This document shows, one piece after another, positions 27,757 to 39,348 of a stretch of DNA of 64,000 nt; position 1 is the first letter of the stretch; every line of letters begins with the position of its first letter. The notes under the pieces are model-generated. The model was not told the origin of the DNA. It saw nothing but the letters and a program-made list of their open reading frames with translations, and did no database searches. This DNA comes from Candidatus Gottesmanbacteria bacterium (GTDB lineage Bacteria; Patescibacteriota; Microgenomatia; UBA10105; UBA927), in NCBI GenBank assembly GCA_016214885.1, contig JACRMP010000037.1, positions 7,675-71,674 of the forward strand. The letters are read 5' to 3'. The position numbers and the translations under genes are program-made.

Positions 27757-28578
27757 CTACGCAAATAATTCCTTCATAAAGGATTGCAGTTTGTTCTGGT
27801 ATTTCTTGAGTGCAGATTTTTTGAGCGGCTTCTTCTTTCCATACAGCTGACCCCCCATAATATATCCCGGCATTTTTTTCATGGAGCGGTTAAACAGAAT
27901 GATGGGAAATAAACTGATAACATACTGATTTAACACCTTGAGCGTCCCCTCTTTGCGGAATCTTCGCAACGACCAGATGAAAAGTGTCTCTCGCAAAACA
28001 TACAGGGTAATACCTGCGGCTTTTAACCGTTGACCGAAATCGACGTCTTCATGGAACGCGTGCTCTTCGTCATATCCTCCCACTTCGCGGAACGCATCGC
28101 GCCGGACAATAGTGAGCGGACCGGGAGTGAGGGGTTTTTTAAAAATAAGCGTTGCTTCAACATAAACATTACCAAAAAGGGTGTAAACTCCGTCTTTCGG
28201 GTCATCGGTGTCGGAACGGAACCAAGTCGTAAAAAGCCGGGTGTCATGAGCCTCAATAAATGCCTTAGCCCTGTCGGTAAAATAAGGCAAAAATATACTG
28301 TCTGCATCGACAAACACATACCACTGTCCGTGGGCTACAGAAGCGCCCAAATTACGCTGAAGCGGTAAGCTGGGCTTTTTGGTCTGGATAATCCTTAAGG
28401 AAGGGAGTATGCGTAAGTATTTTTTGGCGACAGCAACCGTCTTGTCTTTGGAAGAACCATCGACGACGATCACCTCAAAATTTTTGTATGTTTGCGCGGC
28501 AAGCGACTCCAAAAGGCGCGGAAGGAACTTCTCCTCATTTAATGTCGGAATAATTATTGAAAATAAGACCTGCTTCAT
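27757..28578 (-). CDS. glycosyltransferase family 2
   Basis: SIIIPTLNEE...VIVVDGSSKD (GT-A DXD region). The start is set at MKQVLF. Upstream in-frame methionines are possible. Confidence 0.7.
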   Translation of the reverse strand: MKQVLFSIIIPTLNEEKFLPRLLESLAAQTYKNFEVIVVDGSSKDKTVAVAKKYLRILPSLRIIQTKKPSLPLQRNLGASVAHGQWYVFVDADSIFLPYFTDRAKAFIEAHDTRLFTTWFRSDTDDPKDGVYTLFGNVYVEATLIFKKPLTPGPLTIVRRDAFREVGGYDEEHAFHEDVDFGQRLKAAGITLYVLRETLFIWSLRRFRKEGTLKVLNQYVISLFPIILFNRSMKKMPGYIMGGQLYGKKKPLKKSALKKYQNKLQSFMKELFA

Positions 28579-28694
28579 AGGTAGTCGTCTCATCGGTATT
28601 ATACGAGGATTACGCATCTGGGGCAACCTTACCACCCTAGTAACGGGGCTTTCTGCCAGCACAAACACCATATAAACGGCATTACTGGCGCAGA

Positions 28695-30410
28695 TTATTT
28701 TTTAGTGTGATTCATCTGGTTATCAAACATCTGGGTAAGTTCTTTAACCGTTGTTACCTGAGCGGGTGTCTTATCCGTACGGATCTTAACCAGTCGCGGA
28801 AACCGTACCGCATACCCTGCCCCGTGATTTGGCGACTTGGTAAGGTCATCACCCGCAAGCTCAACCACTACTTGGGGGCTTACCCACACGTCAGGAATAA
28901 GTGCTTTATTCACTTTCGTGTACGCTGACGGCATTTCGCGGGTATGTATGGCATGCAGCTTCTTTTTGAGTTCTTTCCATAAATCATCACTGACTCCTGT
29001 GCCGATTTTTGTCACCGTAACAAACTGCTCTCCTGTACGCACCCCGACAAGAAGAGCTCCTATACCAAAACTTGTCCTTTTTCCTTCTCCGGCATAGTAC
29101 CCCATAACCACCGCATCGATCGTATCGGTTAGTTTACCCGTCTTCCCCTCTTCTTCTTTAAACTTAACCCAGCTGAATCCCCTCCGGCCTGGCTCGTAGG
29201 GACTATCCCATTTTTTAACCATGGCCCCCTCAAGTCCTTTTTTTAGCTGATCGTCATGATACTGACGGAGCTTCTGAGCGCTGTCAGTTACCATCTGTGG
29301 GGTAACGGCGAGGAGGGTTCCTGGTTTCACCGTAGCTTCCAGTATTTTGCGGCGTTCCGACAGTGGCACCTCAAGAAGATCCTCGCCATTTTTATAAAGA
29401 ATATCGAATATAAAAAACTTGAGCGGCACTGATTTACTGAAAAGTTCGATATTATGCTTTCTCTTTCTCGTAGTGGTCTCCTGGAACGAAACGGTCTTAC
29501 CGGTTGCGGGATCAAGCCCTACTGCTTCCCCATCAAGAATTACTTCGTCAGCATGTATTTCCTTACCTACCTCTGATAGTTCCGGAAACATGGCCGTGGT
29601 GTCTTCCAGATTCCGGGAAAAGGTCCGCACCCACTTACCCCGTTTAAAGTGAAGCTCAACCCGGACGCCGTCGTATTTCGGCTCCACAGCAACGGTTCCC
29701 ATTTTCTCGATCATCTCATCGGCAGTAGGAAGTCGTTGTGACAACTGGGAAAGCACCGGCGACCCGACGCGGGCACGCACGTGTGACAAGCCCTTTATTC
29801 CCTCCCGTTTAACCGTTTCTGCAATAAATCCTATATCGGGGCGTACGTTATATACCTCTTCAAGGCGCGGACGGAGCGACTTATTCCCTGCAAGCATCCA
29901 CGAAAGGCTGTCCAGAATGGTCATCTCAGAAAATCCGAGCCGCAGCTTGTCCAGCGGAATTCGGACGATATACCTGCTGCTCATCGCGTTTACGCGCTTC
30001 AACACGTCTGCAAGCTGGCCTATTTTTCTTTCCTGGGAACCAACACCCCCCGTCGTTGCCAGGTCGTAAAGCCTGACAAATACCTCACTGACATGCATAT
30101 CCGAAGCTCTTCCGCTATGAAGCGTTTCAGCAGCCTTGCCGATATCACCCAATTTTTTGAACTGATTTGCCACCTCATCAGGGTCAGTAGCATATGCAGA
30201 AGCTATTGCCCGGAAAATAAATTTCTCCGCAACGCCGAACTCAATTGCTTCATATAACGGACACACTCTCCCCTGCAACAGATAACAAAGTTTGCCGATT
30301 TCGTCAGCTTCTGCTTCAGCAAAAAGCGTTGCCAAAATCTCCGTTATCGCATTACGGGAACTCGTTTCTTCAAGAGAATTAAGATACGAAGCAAGCCTGG
30401 AAAACTGCAT
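28695..30410 (-). CDS. lig: ATP-dependent DNA ligase
   Basis: Adenylation motif KYDGVRV (EPKYDGVRVELHF). 571 aa, archaeal/eukaryotic-type domain order. Confidence 0.85.
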   Translation of the reverse strand: MQFSRLASYLNSLEETSSRNAITEILATLFAEAEADEIGKLCYLLQGRVCPLYEAIEFGVAEKFIFRAIASAYATDPDEVANQFKKLGDIGKAAETLHSGRASDMHVSEVFVRLYDLATTGGVGSQERKIGQLADVLKRVNAMSSRYIVRIPLDKLRLGFSEMTILDSLSWMLAGNKSLRPRLEEVYNVRPDIGFIAETVKREGIKGLSHVRARVGSPVLSQLSQRLPTADEMIEKMGTVAVEPKYDGVRVELHFKRGKWVRTFSRNLEDTTAMFPELSEVGKEIHADEVILDGEAVGLDPATGKTVSFQETTTRKRKHNIELFSKSVPLKFFIFDILYKNGEDLLEVPLSERRKILEATVKPGTLLAVTPQMVTDSAQKLRQYHDDQLKKGLEGAMVKKWDSPYEPGRRGFSWVKFKEEEGKTGKLTDTIDAVVMGYYAGEGKRTSFGIGALLVGVRTGEQFVTVTKIGTGVSDDLWKELKKKLHAIHTREMPSAYTKVNKALIPDVWVSPQVVVELAGDDLTKSPNHGAGYAVRFPRLVKIRTDKTPAQVTTVKELTQMFDNQMNHTKK

Positions 30411-30419
30411 ACGGGTATA

Positions 30420-30605
30420 TTACCGGATAAACAAAAAATACGCGGCAGCAATTAATACCAGAAGAAATGCGCCGAAACCGAACGCGACAGATCCGTCTTT
30501 CTCCGCTTTTGCCATTTTACTTATCCCCTGGAACATGACAGCTAAGGCAAAAAACGTCGGGATAACAAGCAATACATAGGTGATTGCGGGACTTGATATA
30601 TCCAT
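30420..30605 (-). CDS. small membrane protein
   Basis: 61 aa with two hydrophobic helices, immediately downstream of fic. Confidence 0.4.
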   Translation of the reverse strand: MDISSPAITYVLLVIPTFFALAVMFQGISKMAKAEKDGSVAFGFGAFLLVLIAAAYFLFIR

Positions 30606-30608
30606 ACC

Positions 30609-31652
30609 TTAGGTTCGGAGCACGTACCGCGCTCCTTTGGTAGATCCTTCTTTTTTGACTATACCTTTTTTTAATAAGTCCTTCAATTCACGTAAGACCG
30701 TGTCCTCAGAAACCTGGGGGAAAAGTTCAAAAAACGCTTTATTCTGCAAAAAGCCCTGCTCCTGCATAAACTCAATAATTTTTATCTGCCGCTCGGTAAG
30801 TGCTAATTGCTGACCGCCCAATGATTTTTTAATTTTAAGATCGGTCGAAAGCGACTTTACTTTATCTTTAATACGCGTGAGTTCAATAGCCAGCCCTTCG
30901 GTAAAATACTCCAGCCACGCGTTGAGGCTACCAGAAGATGCGCCAACACTCTGAAGCGCTTCGTAATAATGCAGAGGCTCACGATCATAATACTCCTCAA
31001 GCGAAAAAAATCGCTTGATGTCGTACCCCTCACAGAACAGGATAAGGGTAGCCACCGCGCGTGCCACCCTACCGTTTCCGTCTAAAAACGGGTGAATCCG
31101 CACCAGTTCATAATGTACAACGCCCGCCTTAAGTGCCGGATGGATATCATCACCATTCAGCGCGTTCACCCACTCCACAAAATCAGCCAGCAAAAACGGC
31201 ACCTCTACCGAAGGGGGTGGACGGAACGTTATTTCACCGGTCTGCGCGTTTTTGACGACAACCTGAGTTTTTCTATATTCCCCTACCTGATCGTCCGGAA
31301 GAATCCTGTGGGCGACCAATGCGTGCATGTGCTTGATTACTTCTTCCGTAATATTTTTTCCCTGAAACTCATTGATGAACTTTAAAACATTCCGGTAGTT
31401 TAATACCTCCTGAATATCCCGCTCCCGCCCGACAATCGTGTGTCCCGCCAACACTTTTTCCGCTTCTGATTTGGATAAGTCGTTTCCTTCAATGTGAGTA
31501 CCATGATGCACCGTACGCACCAGCGCATCTTCCCTGAATTTTGCCTCCCAGGCAGGAACGAGCGGGCTGTTTTCAATGACTTCTTTCGCGGCTTCGATGA
31601 TCCCTATGGTTTTAAGGATTTTATTGGTTATCGCAAATTGAGGTTGATACAT
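30609..31652 (-). CDS. fic: Fic-family protein (adenylyltransferase-type motif) with C-terminal winged-helix domain
   Basis: Canonical HPFLDGNGRVARA motif. An N-terminal THIEGN resembles the class II inhibitory helix motif. Confidence 0.8.
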   Translation of the reverse strand: MYQPQFAITNKILKTIGIIEAAKEVIENSPLVPAWEAKFREDALVRTVHHGTHIEGNDLSKSEAEKVLAGHTIVGRERDIQEVLNYRNVLKFINEFQGKNITEEVIKHMHALVAHRILPDDQVGEYRKTQVVVKNAQTGEITFRPPPSVEVPFLLADFVEWVNALNGDDIHPALKAGVVHYELVRIHPFLDGNGRVARAVATLILFCEGYDIKRFFSLEEYYDREPLHYYEALQSVGASSGSLNAWLEYFTEGLAIELTRIKDKVKSLSTDLKIKKSLGGQQLALTERQIKIIEFMQEQGFLQNKAFFELFPQVSEDTVLRELKDLLKKGIVKKEGSTKGARYVLRT

Positions 31653-31665
31653 AGGTAATCCGCGC

Positions 31666-31697
31666 TTTACATAATTCCCGCACTATTCCTGTATAAT
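31666..31697 (+). promoter_or_regulatory. candidate promoter (TTTACA ... extended -10 TGTATAAT)
   Basis: Seen upstream of 31769 ORF. The spacer is long (~20 nt), so confidence is low. Confidence 0.25.
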
Positions 31698-31768
31698 ACC
31701 CGCATTGCTACGCAAACGCAATACCGATTATTGGCATATGTGCACCCATACTTTACTCTGTTTATAGG

Positions 31769-32143
31769 GTGAGTTACTATACTTATATGACGGAATCCGA
31801 ACTAATGGATCAATCAACGCACGTCACCATCCCGAAGGGGCCGGGAAACGATGACCGCGTCCCCCCCTGGATGCTTATTACTTTAATTCTTGTCATTTGC
31901 ATTCCCGTACTTATTACCTTATTTTTCACCTACCGGAAGCCAATTCCCCAGCAACCTACCAATGTTGTTCTGAACGCTACCCCCACCGAAGTTCCCGTAG
32001 CATTGGGGTTTTCCGGCGATGAATTTATCAGAGGCTGGTATTGGGGAGAAACTAAAAAATTTAATGGCACGCCTACCAATTGGGAATATACGGAAATAAA
32101 CGGCAAACACTGTTGGCATAGTCCGCGGACTATGTGTAAATAA
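31769..32143 (+). CDS. hypothetical membrane-anchored protein
   Basis: 124 aa with one TM helix. Its 3' end overlaps nnr by 14 nt. Confidence 0.4.
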   Translation: MSYYTYMTESELMDQSTHVTIPKGPGNDDRVPPWMLITLILVICIPVLITLFFTYRKPIPQQPTNVVLNATPTEVPVALGFSGDEFIRGWYWGETKKFNGTPTNWEYTEINGKHCWHSPRTMCK

Positions 32144-32996
32144 AGAGCCTCCGCATGATTTTAGGTATCTGCGCCGCCAGGTCAGAAGCATTATAAAATG
32201 GCCCAACTGTTTTGTATAACGCATCTCCCGCCTGTTTATTTATGAAACTACCTGCCAGCACGGCAAGCACCGGGTCGTTATAACAACTTAGCGCCGCTAT
32301 TAGCCCCGCCAGGACATCACCCGTTCCCCCCTTGGTCATTCCTTCATTTCCCCCGTTGATGCGCACCACCTCACCGGGTACACAAACGCCCCCGTCACAA
32401 TCTCCCCCACTGCAAACAATATCCGTCATCCCCTTAAGGAGCACTACACAATGATATGTTTTGGCAAACGCTCTTACCTTATCTTCATCACTTTCTGCTT
32501 CCGCATATGGCGAACCCGCCTGCACCATTTTTTTCCACAGTCCGGCAAACTCCTGATGATGCGGGGTAAGAATTGCGTTCCTGGGAATATCAGATAGCTC
32601 CATCATTTGGAGAGCTCCGGCATCAATAACCCACTGCTTGTCGGGATATCGCGTGAGTAGTGAGTGGGTAAGTATTTTTGTCTCGTCATCTCTAACCATG
32701 CCGGGGCCGATCAATATACAATCATCCTCCGTAATATATGCATCGATTTCTTCCCGAGGAATGATAATACCGTTACGGAACTGTTTTTTAACGCTCATTA
32801 CAATCTCATTGTTTTCCGGCACCGATGAATAATGGACGAGATCAACAACGCGGGAGGCGACTTCCAGCGCCCAAATACTTGCAGCATGAAACAAATGACT
32901 CCCGCCGATAATAAGGAGCCTTCCGTTTTGCCCTTTATGGGATCCTGTTTTAGGAAGCATGAGTGAACGGATACCTTCGAAAGAAAGTGTTTTCAT
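32130..32996 (-). CDS. nnrD: ADP-dependent NAD(P)H-hydrate dehydratase (YjeF C-terminal domain)
   Basis: GGTGDVLAGLIAAL motif. Confidence 0.8.
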   Translation of the reverse strand: MKTLSFEGIRSLMLPKTGSHKGQNGRLLIIGGSHLFHAASIWALEVASRVVDLVHYSSVPENNEIVMSVKKQFRNGIIIPREEIDAYITEDDCILIGPGMVRDDETKILTHSLLTRYPDKQWVIDAGALQMMELSDIPRNAILTPHHQEFAGLWKKMVQAGSPYAEAESDEDKVRAFAKTYHCVVLLKGMTDIVCSGGDCDGGVCVPGEVVRINGGNEGMTKGGTGDVLAGLIAALSCYNDPVLAVLAGSFINKQAGDALYKTVGPFYNASDLAAQIPKIMRRLFIYT

Positions 32997-33017
32997 AAAA
33001 TACCGATGGCCTTCGCA

Positions 33018-34118
33018 TTATAACGCAACAATATCAGCAGATTTCCTTATGTGCTTAGGCACTGATTCAATGTCTGCGCTGGTAATCACGGTTTGCTGCC
33101 TATCAACAATATTTCCGACAAGCTTACGATGCTCTTCATCAAGCTCAGAAAATATATCGTCCAAAAGCAACATGGGGCGCTCCCCTGTTTTTTTCTCTAT
33201 ATATGAAAGCTCAGCGAGCTTAAGCCACAAAACTCCAAGGCGCTGTTCTCCGCGGCTGCCGAACTTATTCAAATCACGGTATCCACTTGTGAGCGTATGG
33301 TGCTGACTAAACAATCCGAAATCGTCCCGATGGGGACCGACGAGCGTTGATTTTGCCGCCACCTCTTCGTCCTTATACTGAAGAAGGCGGGCTTCAGAAA
33401 TAACACTCTTATCATACATAATCATAAAATGATGATCGGCGAGTGCCGTACTGTTTACAAATGTAATATATTCCCCTCTCTTTTGGGTAATATACCCCCC
33501 GGCGCGTATAAGTAGCTGATCCCAAAACAGCAACTGGCTCCGCGAAGCAGTTCCTTCATTGATGCTATCCAGCAGCCTATTCCTTTGACGCACTCCCCGC
33601 TCATAGGACAATAGGTTGCGGCGGTACTCACGGTCTACCTGCACAAGCACCGTGTCAAGGTATCTCCGCCGTATACTCGGACTGTCGGTTACTATCTCCA
33701 GATCCTCTGGCCAAAACAGCACCGCCCGTACGTTGCCGACAAAATCAATAACCCTGCGGGGTATCCCATTAACCAAATGCTTCTTAAGCGGGCTTTTCTG
33801 TCCAGACACGACGCCCGGGGTCAACACGATCTCAACTTTTTCGTCACCGGATTGCCCTATTACCCTCGCCACCTCCGACTCCCAGCGGATAACCTCGCGG
33901 TCAATACCAGCCCGGAAACTCTTGCCGGTTGCAAGGAGCATGATGGCCTCGAGCACGTTTGTTTTTCCCGCGGCGTTAGGACCCACGATACAGGTTACCC
34001 CCTGAGAAAATGCCCATGCTTTTTTGGTATAACTCCGGAAATTATGAAGTGCTAGAGAAGTCAACATGATGGGTTTACGTGATAGTCGTCCCCACAAACG
34101 CCCCGCCGTCAAGAGCAA
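33018..34118 (-). CDS. recF: DNA replication and repair protein RecF
   Basis: Walker A GPNAAGKTN and N-terminal LHNFRSY. 366 aa. Confidence 0.85.
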   Translation of the reverse strand: MLLTAGRLWGRLSRKPIMLTSLALHNFRSYTKKAWAFSQGVTCIVGPNAAGKTNVLEAIMLLATGKSFRAGIDREVIRWESEVARVIGQSGDEKVEIVLTPGVVSGQKSPLKKHLVNGIPRRVIDFVGNVRAVLFWPEDLEIVTDSPSIRRRYLDTVLVQVDREYRRNLLSYERGVRQRNRLLDSINEGTASRSQLLFWDQLLIRAGGYITQKRGEYITFVNSTALADHHFMIMYDKSVISEARLLQYKDEEVAAKSTLVGPHRDDFGLFSQHHTLTSGYRDLNKFGSRGEQRLGVLWLKLAELSYIEKKTGERPMLLLDDIFSELDEEHRKLVGNIVDRQQTVITSADIESVPKHIRKSADIVAL

Positions 34119-34776
34119 CCGCTAAATTTTGTAGATTCTTTCCGTTCACAATTTTCACCGTTATATCCAGATCCTGCGCCAACTTACTTGCGATAGGATC
34201 AAACGGCGCATTCATGCCGGGCTTCCACACGTCTCCCACCATTTTACGGTAATCTGCCCATGAAATATTGGTGATTGCTGTAGCATCCTTAAATTTATTG
34301 GGGTCCTTGTCATACACTTGATCGACATTTGTCATGTTTACCACCTGCGTAAGCCCATAATCCTGACAAACGGTTACTGCGCAATAATCAGTACTCCACC
34401 CCGGCTTCCAACCTGCAGCAATGGCCACCGGTGACTGGATTTTGAGAATAATCTCGTAGTGCTTAATCACCCGGGGATCTGCCAAATCCTGGAATATTGC
34501 CCTGATTAGTTGTGCATTGAGACGGGTGGCATGCACCCCCAGCCAATCAGCATCGGTATCACTTAAATCATGCTTCCTTACTTCACGGGCAGCCCGCTGG
34601 TAATCGCGGGTGATAGCGCCACCACCTACGGTTATAAAAAATCTCCTGTTTTTGGAGGAGACTTGTTCACGGATGAACTCATGGAAATCTTTAAGGAATG
34701 CGACGTCAATGCCCCCGTTGGGGACAATCAGTGACCCGCCTAATGAAAGAACGAAAACGTCAGGATTTTGTACCAT
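34075..34776 (-). CDS. pyrH: UMP kinase (archaeal-type amino-acid-kinase fold)
   Basis: LSLGGSLI ... ITVGGGAITR motifs. 233 aa. Confidence 0.75.
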   Translation of the reverse strand: MVQNPDVFVLSLGGSLIVPNGGIDVAFLKDFHEFIREQVSSKNRRFFITVGGGAITRDYQRAAREVRKHDLSDTDADWLGVHATRLNAQLIRAIFQDLADPRVIKHYEIILKIQSPVAIAAGWKPGWSTDYCAVTVCQDYGLTQVVNMTNVDQVYDKDPNKFKDATAITNISWADYRKMVGDVWKPGMNAPFDPIASKLAQDLDITVKIVNGKNLQNLAVALDGGAFVGTTIT

Positions 34777-34868
34777 CAGTAATACTCCCCTTGTTTAAAA
34801 ATGTCACTCGGTGGCTATTATGCTACCACACAACCAACAATTCTCAAAACAATATGCAGTCACACGGG

Positions 34869-35972
34869 CTACCGTTTAGCCCTATGTAACCTTACAAATT
34901 GTTCTATCTCCTGTACAAAACGCTCCCGTGAAAATTTCTGCGCCTGCGTTCTGCATACATGCGGTGAAAAGCGAATGTTCTGTGATGCTGCTATGGCACT
35001 CACCAGACTGGCGACGGTAGGCTTGTCAAAAAATACGCCTGTAACGCCTTCGATAACTGACTCACGGTATCCCCCTCCCCTGAACGCAATCACAGGAGTG
35101 CCGTTTGCCATCGCCTCTACCGGGGTAATGCCAAAATCTTCATCTGAAGACGTTGCCAAAAACGCACGAGCGCCCGCGTATAATCTGATAAGCTCTTCGT
35201 CCGAAACATGCCCCAAAAACTCGACCGTTTCCCCTGCGTGAGCGGTGAGCTTTTTTAGCTCGGAAGCGTAGCCTGCGGGAACACCCGCTATCTTAAGCCT
35301 GACCCCTAACTGGGTAGCTGCAGCAACAGCCAGCTCCAGTCCTTTGCCGCCCACAATGCGTGAAATCACCAGGTAATAATCTTCTTTTTTCACTTTTTTT
35401 TCCGGCGGTATCGTAACAGGAGGGTAAATAACGGCAGCATCCCTCCGGTAAAACTTGTGGATGCGACGAGCGGTATTTTGGGAATTAGCGATAAAATAAT
35501 CAACCCGCTGGGCTGCTTTCCAGTCATACTGACGCATAAAAAACCCCACAATCATTGCATACCACCGGACAAAGGCATGCTTCTGCCATTCAATACTCGT
35601 TGAATACCCATATAACCACCGGGGAGGCGTATGACAATAACAAATTTCTTTTGCGGATCCTTTTTTCACAAACCCCTTGGTGATATACCAACTCGCACTG
35701 CCCAGTATCACGTCATATCCGGAAAAATCGAAAGAATTCCAAATCAGAGGAGCCAAAAACCGGAGCGGACTATGGAGTTTTGTAGCAAAAAACGGTACGT
35801 AATGCGCCCATGAAACCCGGACATCTTTTCCTTTAAACCGGTTCCACGCTTCACCAGGACGCCAAAACGCTGTGTAAATAGGGGCATCGGGCCAAATACC
35901 GGAAAGCGCCTCCAACACGCGCTCTGCTCCTCCGTATTCACCTATATAATCATGGACAATAGCTATACGCAT
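34869..35972 (-). CDS. glycosyltransferase family 4
   Basis: [20 protein letters not shown]-terminus. GT-B. Confidence 0.7.
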   Translation of the reverse strand: MRIAIVHDYIGEYGGAERVLEALSGIWPDAPIYTAFWRPGEAWNRFKGKDVRVSWAHYVPFFATKLHSPLRFLAPLIWNSFDFSGYDVILGSASWYITKGFVKKGSAKEICYCHTPPRWLYGYSTSIEWQKHAFVRWYAMIVGFFMRQYDWKAAQRVDYFIANSQNTARRIHKFYRRDAAVIYPPVTIPPEKKVKKEDYYLVISRIVGGKGLELAVAAATQLGVRLKIAGVPAGYASELKKLTAHAGETVEFLGHVSDEELIRLYAGARAFLATSSDEDFGITPVEAMANGTPVIAFRGGGYRESVIEGVTGVFFDKPTVASLVSAIAASQNIRFSPHVCRTQAQKFSRERFVQEIEQFVRLHRAKR

Positions 35973-35974
35973 AA

Positions 35975-36952
35975 TCAGAACAGCTCCTGCTGCTGTTGTG
36001 ACGTCTGAGGGTTATTTGCCTTATGTTTTTTTGTCATACTGGCTGCAACAGCCGTATCTGAACCATCACGGGCATACAGGCGCTTAATAAGGGAAGGAAA
36101 ACGGAACCGCTCCAGAACCAGGCGCACTTCCGGTGTAGCAAGGCTATTAATACGTGCGGCTTCGGGATCAAAAACGATCGGCGCATCTGTCCGTATAGTG
36201 GCCAGCGTTTTTCCGAGCAGCGCACTATCTTTCCCGGCAACCAGCTTAGCTTTTACATTTTGATTGGCTATTGCGTCAATATGTCGGTAAATCTTCTCTA
36301 CCGACCCATATTCAGTAAGCAGACGGATAGCAGTCTTGGGTCCGATTCCGGCAACCCCGGGGTAATTATCCGATGCATCCCCCATAAGCGCCTTAAGATC
36401 TATGATGAGTTTCGGCAATACCCCCATACGCTCCGCCACATCTTTCTCTCCATAAAGCCTTCCTTCGGAAAGCCCTTTGGTAGGCATATACACGAGCGCC
36501 TTGTCATCGGTCACCAGCTGCAGTATATCGCGGTCACCGGTCACGATAACCACTTGGTCGATGGAGTGCTGTTTACCCCCCTTAGAACGCACTACAGCGT
36601 CTGTAATGGTGCCAATCATGTCATCTGCCTCAAACCCGTCCATCTCAAAGATGGGAATGTGGAATGCGGCCACTGTTTCATGCACCAAAGGAATTTGGGA
36701 TATAAAATCATCTTCCATCTTTGGGCGCTGTGTCTGGTAACCGCTAAATAACTTTTCCCGGAACGTCGGTCCGGGGCGGTCAAAGGCTACAGCGATGTGG
36801 GTAGGCTTGAGAGCCTGAAAGATTTTAAGGATCATGGACACAAACCCATACACGATGTGTACAGGTTTTCCTTCAGGAGAAGTAAGCGGCGGAAGCGCAT
36901 GATATGCCCGGTGCATGACGGCATTACCGTCAATAAGTACTAATCGGTTCAT
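35975..36952 (-). CDS. 5'-3' exonuclease (FEN/Pol I N-terminal domain-like)
   Basis: [16 protein letters not shown] signature and a C-terminal H3TH region. Confidence 0.8.
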   Translation of the reverse strand: MNRLVLIDGNAVMHRAYHALPPLTSPEGKPVHIVYGFVSMILKIFQALKPTHIAVAFDRPGPTFREKLFSGYQTQRPKMEDDFISQIPLVHETVAAFHIPIFEMDGFEADDMIGTITDAVVRSKGGKQHSIDQVVIVTGDRDILQLVTDDKALVYMPTKGLSEGRLYGEKDVAERMGVLPKLIIDLKALMGDASDNYPGVAGIGPKTAIRLLTEYGSVEKIYRHIDAIANQNVKAKLVAGKDSALLGKTLATIRTDAPIVFDPEAARINSLATPEVRLVLERFRFPSLIKRLYARDGSDTAVAASMTKKHKANNPQTSQQQQELF

Positions 36953-36966
36953 GAAGATACCTAAAT

Positions 36967-38844
36967 TTACAGACGCTTTTTATCCCCGCCCAACAGAGCA
37001 ACAAAATCATCACCTTCAAGCGTTTCTTTTTTGATAAGCTCTTCGGCGACTTTATCAAGATCCTTGCGGTGTTTTTTAACAAGCTCAAGCGCTTTTTCAT
37101 AGGCCGTATCCAAAAACTTTTTGACTTCACGGTCAATGGCTGACTGCATTTCCTGGGATATTGTCTGCTGTTCATAAAACGCCTTCCCCCACTCCGTCGC
37201 ATCTGTTTGGGGTCCGAAATTAATGGGCCCCAAGTCACTCATCCCGAACTCCATCACCATATACCGAGCAATGCGTGTTGCCTGATTAATATCGTTGGAT
37301 GCTCCGCTGGTCATTTCTTTAAATATCAGCTGTTCTGCAGCCCTGCCTCCCATGGTCATCGCCATCTCATCGATTAACCGTGATTTAGTCTCGTGCAGCC
37401 TGTCTTTCTCGGGCGGGGCCATAGTGTAGCCCAAGGCCATGCCGCGGGAAACAATACTAATTCGGTGTACAGGGTCAAGATGCGGGCTATAGTAATTAAC
37501 AATTGCATGTCCCGCTTCATGATATGCTGTCATTTTCCGGTCAAGATCAGTCTGCAACCGCTTCTTCTCCGGCCCCAATTTCACCTTAGTGGCTGCCTCT
37601 TCAATATCCTTCATATCAATCTCTTTCTTGGCACCACGGGCTGCATGTATTGCTGCTTCGTTAAGCATGTTTTCAATATCCGCGCCGGAAAAACCCACTG
37701 TACGTTTAGCCACCTTGTCCCAATCAACCCCTTTATCAAACGGTTTGCCTTGTGCATGAATCTTAAGAATATCTTTCCGCCCTTCCAGATCAGGAAGATC
37801 GAGTACTACCCGGCGGTCAAACCTCCCTGGTCTCGTAAGCGCCGGATCAAGCAAATCACCGCGGTTGGTGGCCGCCACAATGAGAACTGCAGTGCTCGGC
37901 TCAAATCCATCCATCTCGACCAATATCTGATTTAACGTTTGTTCCCGTTCATCATGACCGCCCATCACACCTACACTGCGCATTCTTCCAATCGCGTCAA
38001 TTTCGTCGATAAAAATAATCGCCGGTGCACTTTTTTTCGCCTGTGCAAAAAGATCGCGAACACGTGCGGCCCCCACGCCGACCAACATCTCCATAAACTC
38101 ACTGCCGGCTATGGAATAAAACGCCGTTCTCGCCTCCCCTGCCATGGCTTTAGCAAGAAGTGTTTTTCCTGTCCCTGATGGACCCACCAAAATAACTCCT
38201 TTAGGAGTACGTGCGCCGAGCAACTTATACTTTGCGGGGTTCTTAAGAAAATCAACCACTTCTTCCAGCTCTTTTTTCGCCTCATCAACACCAGCTACAT
38301 CCTTAAAGGTTACCTTGGGTAAATCTTTATTCCAAATCCTTGCCTTACTTTGCCCGAACTGGAAAATATTATCCTGCGCTCCCCTCGCCTGCCGGAAAAT
38401 AAACAGGAAAAATGCGACAGTCAGCACCAGGGGAAGAACATTGGCAATAATCCCCATCCAGATGGCTCCCGCCGAAAGATCCTTTACATTTATCTCTACG
38501 GATTTGGGGTCTACGCCTGATTTTTCAAGAAGGGTCACCAGTGAATCCTGGGATTCTTTTGTGGAAGTATACGTCGTGTCATCCTTGCGGGTGACCGTAA
38601 GCTTCGTGTCTTCGATATCAATCGTTTTTACTGCCCCCTCACGGACATCTGCAATCACCTTGGATAAGGGCTTTGCTTCCGACTGTGCAGCCTGATTACT
38701 CAAGCTCCCCAGCAAAGAAAAAGTAAAAAAGAGGATAAACAATCCGATAACTACGTTCTTGAAACTGAGTTTCATCGGAAACGGGAATTGCTTCTTGGAC
38801 TTCTTTCCGTTTTTCTTGCCGCTTACGGGGTGTATTTGTGCCAT
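36967..38844 (-). CDS. ftsH: ATP-dependent zinc metalloprotease FtsH
   Basis: N-terminal TM, an AAA+ Walker [12 protein letters not shown], and an HEAGHA zinc motif. Confidence 0.95.
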   Translation of the reverse strand: MAQIHPVSGKKNGKKSKKQFPFPMKLSFKNVVIGLFILFFTFSLLGSLSNQAAQSEAKPLSKVIADVREGAVKTIDIEDTKLTVTRKDDTTYTSTKESQDSLVTLLEKSGVDPKSVEINVKDLSAGAIWMGIIANVLPLVLTVAFFLFIFRQARGAQDNIFQFGQSKARIWNKDLPKVTFKDVAGVDEAKKELEEVVDFLKNPAKYKLLGARTPKGVILVGPSGTGKTLLAKAMAGEARTAFYSIAGSEFMEMLVGVGAARVRDLFAQAKKSAPAIIFIDEIDAIGRMRSVGVMGGHDEREQTLNQILVEMDGFEPSTAVLIVAATNRGDLLDPALTRPGRFDRRVVLDLPDLEGRKDILKIHAQGKPFDKGVDWDKVAKRTVGFSGADIENMLNEAAIHAARGAKKEIDMKDIEEAATKVKLGPEKKRLQTDLDRKMTAYHEAGHAIVNYYSPHLDPVHRISIVSRGMALGYTMAPPEKDRLHETKSRLIDEMAMTMGGRAAEQLIFKEMTSGASNDINQATRIARYMVMEFGMSDLGPINFGPQTDATEWGKAFYEQQTISQEMQSAIDREVKKFLDTAYEKALELVKKHRKDLDKVAEELIKKETLEGDDFVALLGGDKKRL

Positions 38845-38940
38845 ACGAGCGACAAGTATAGCATGTTAATCATGACTATTCACCTCCCGGCAAATTGACT
38901 CTGGCAGTGTGCTGTTGCACAATCAAAAACGGGCGCCATT

Positions 38941-39345
38941 ATGAAGGACATGGTTGAAGGAGCACTGTACTTTCTTATTCATCCGCAACATCAGCATGAA
39001 GCGGGTACCCAGCAGGCCAGAACGCTGTGTTATTTTACTCGCGTTAAAAATCGCCTACAACGGCGCGACATATTAACCGAACAAGACGGTATGGTGACTA
39101 CTGCCGGTAGCACAAATCTAAGAAATAGCGCGGCCCTCACCTTTGAACGCGCCTCCGCCGAAAGCATGCAGGGAGTTTTTGACCGGCTCATGACACAACC
39201 GGGATTACATGACCCTCACCAATTTCTGATGACTATAGCGCGTCTCAAAGGAGTAGCCGAAAACTTACCTGAATCAGAAGCCGGTAACTTTTTTCGTGCG
39301 ATGATACGTGCAGAGGTTGCACACGGCATAGAAGGTGAAGAATGA
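38941..39345 (+). CDS. hypothetical protein
   Basis: 134-aa ORF filling the ftsH-trpS intergenic space. No motifs. Confidence 0.35.
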   Translation: MKDMVEGALYFLIHPQHQHEAGTQQARTLCYFTRVKNRLQRRDILTEQDGMVTTAGSTNLRNSAALTFERASAESMQGVFDRLMTQPGLHDPHQFLMTIARLKGVAENLPESEAGNFFRAMIRAEVAHGIEGEE

Positions 39346-39348
39346 TCG

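Noticed and set aside
37393-38695. Plus-strand ORFs inside ftsH (37393..37935, 38144..38695)
   Set aside because: They are antisense to ftsH, which has all AAA+ and HEXXH motifs intact.
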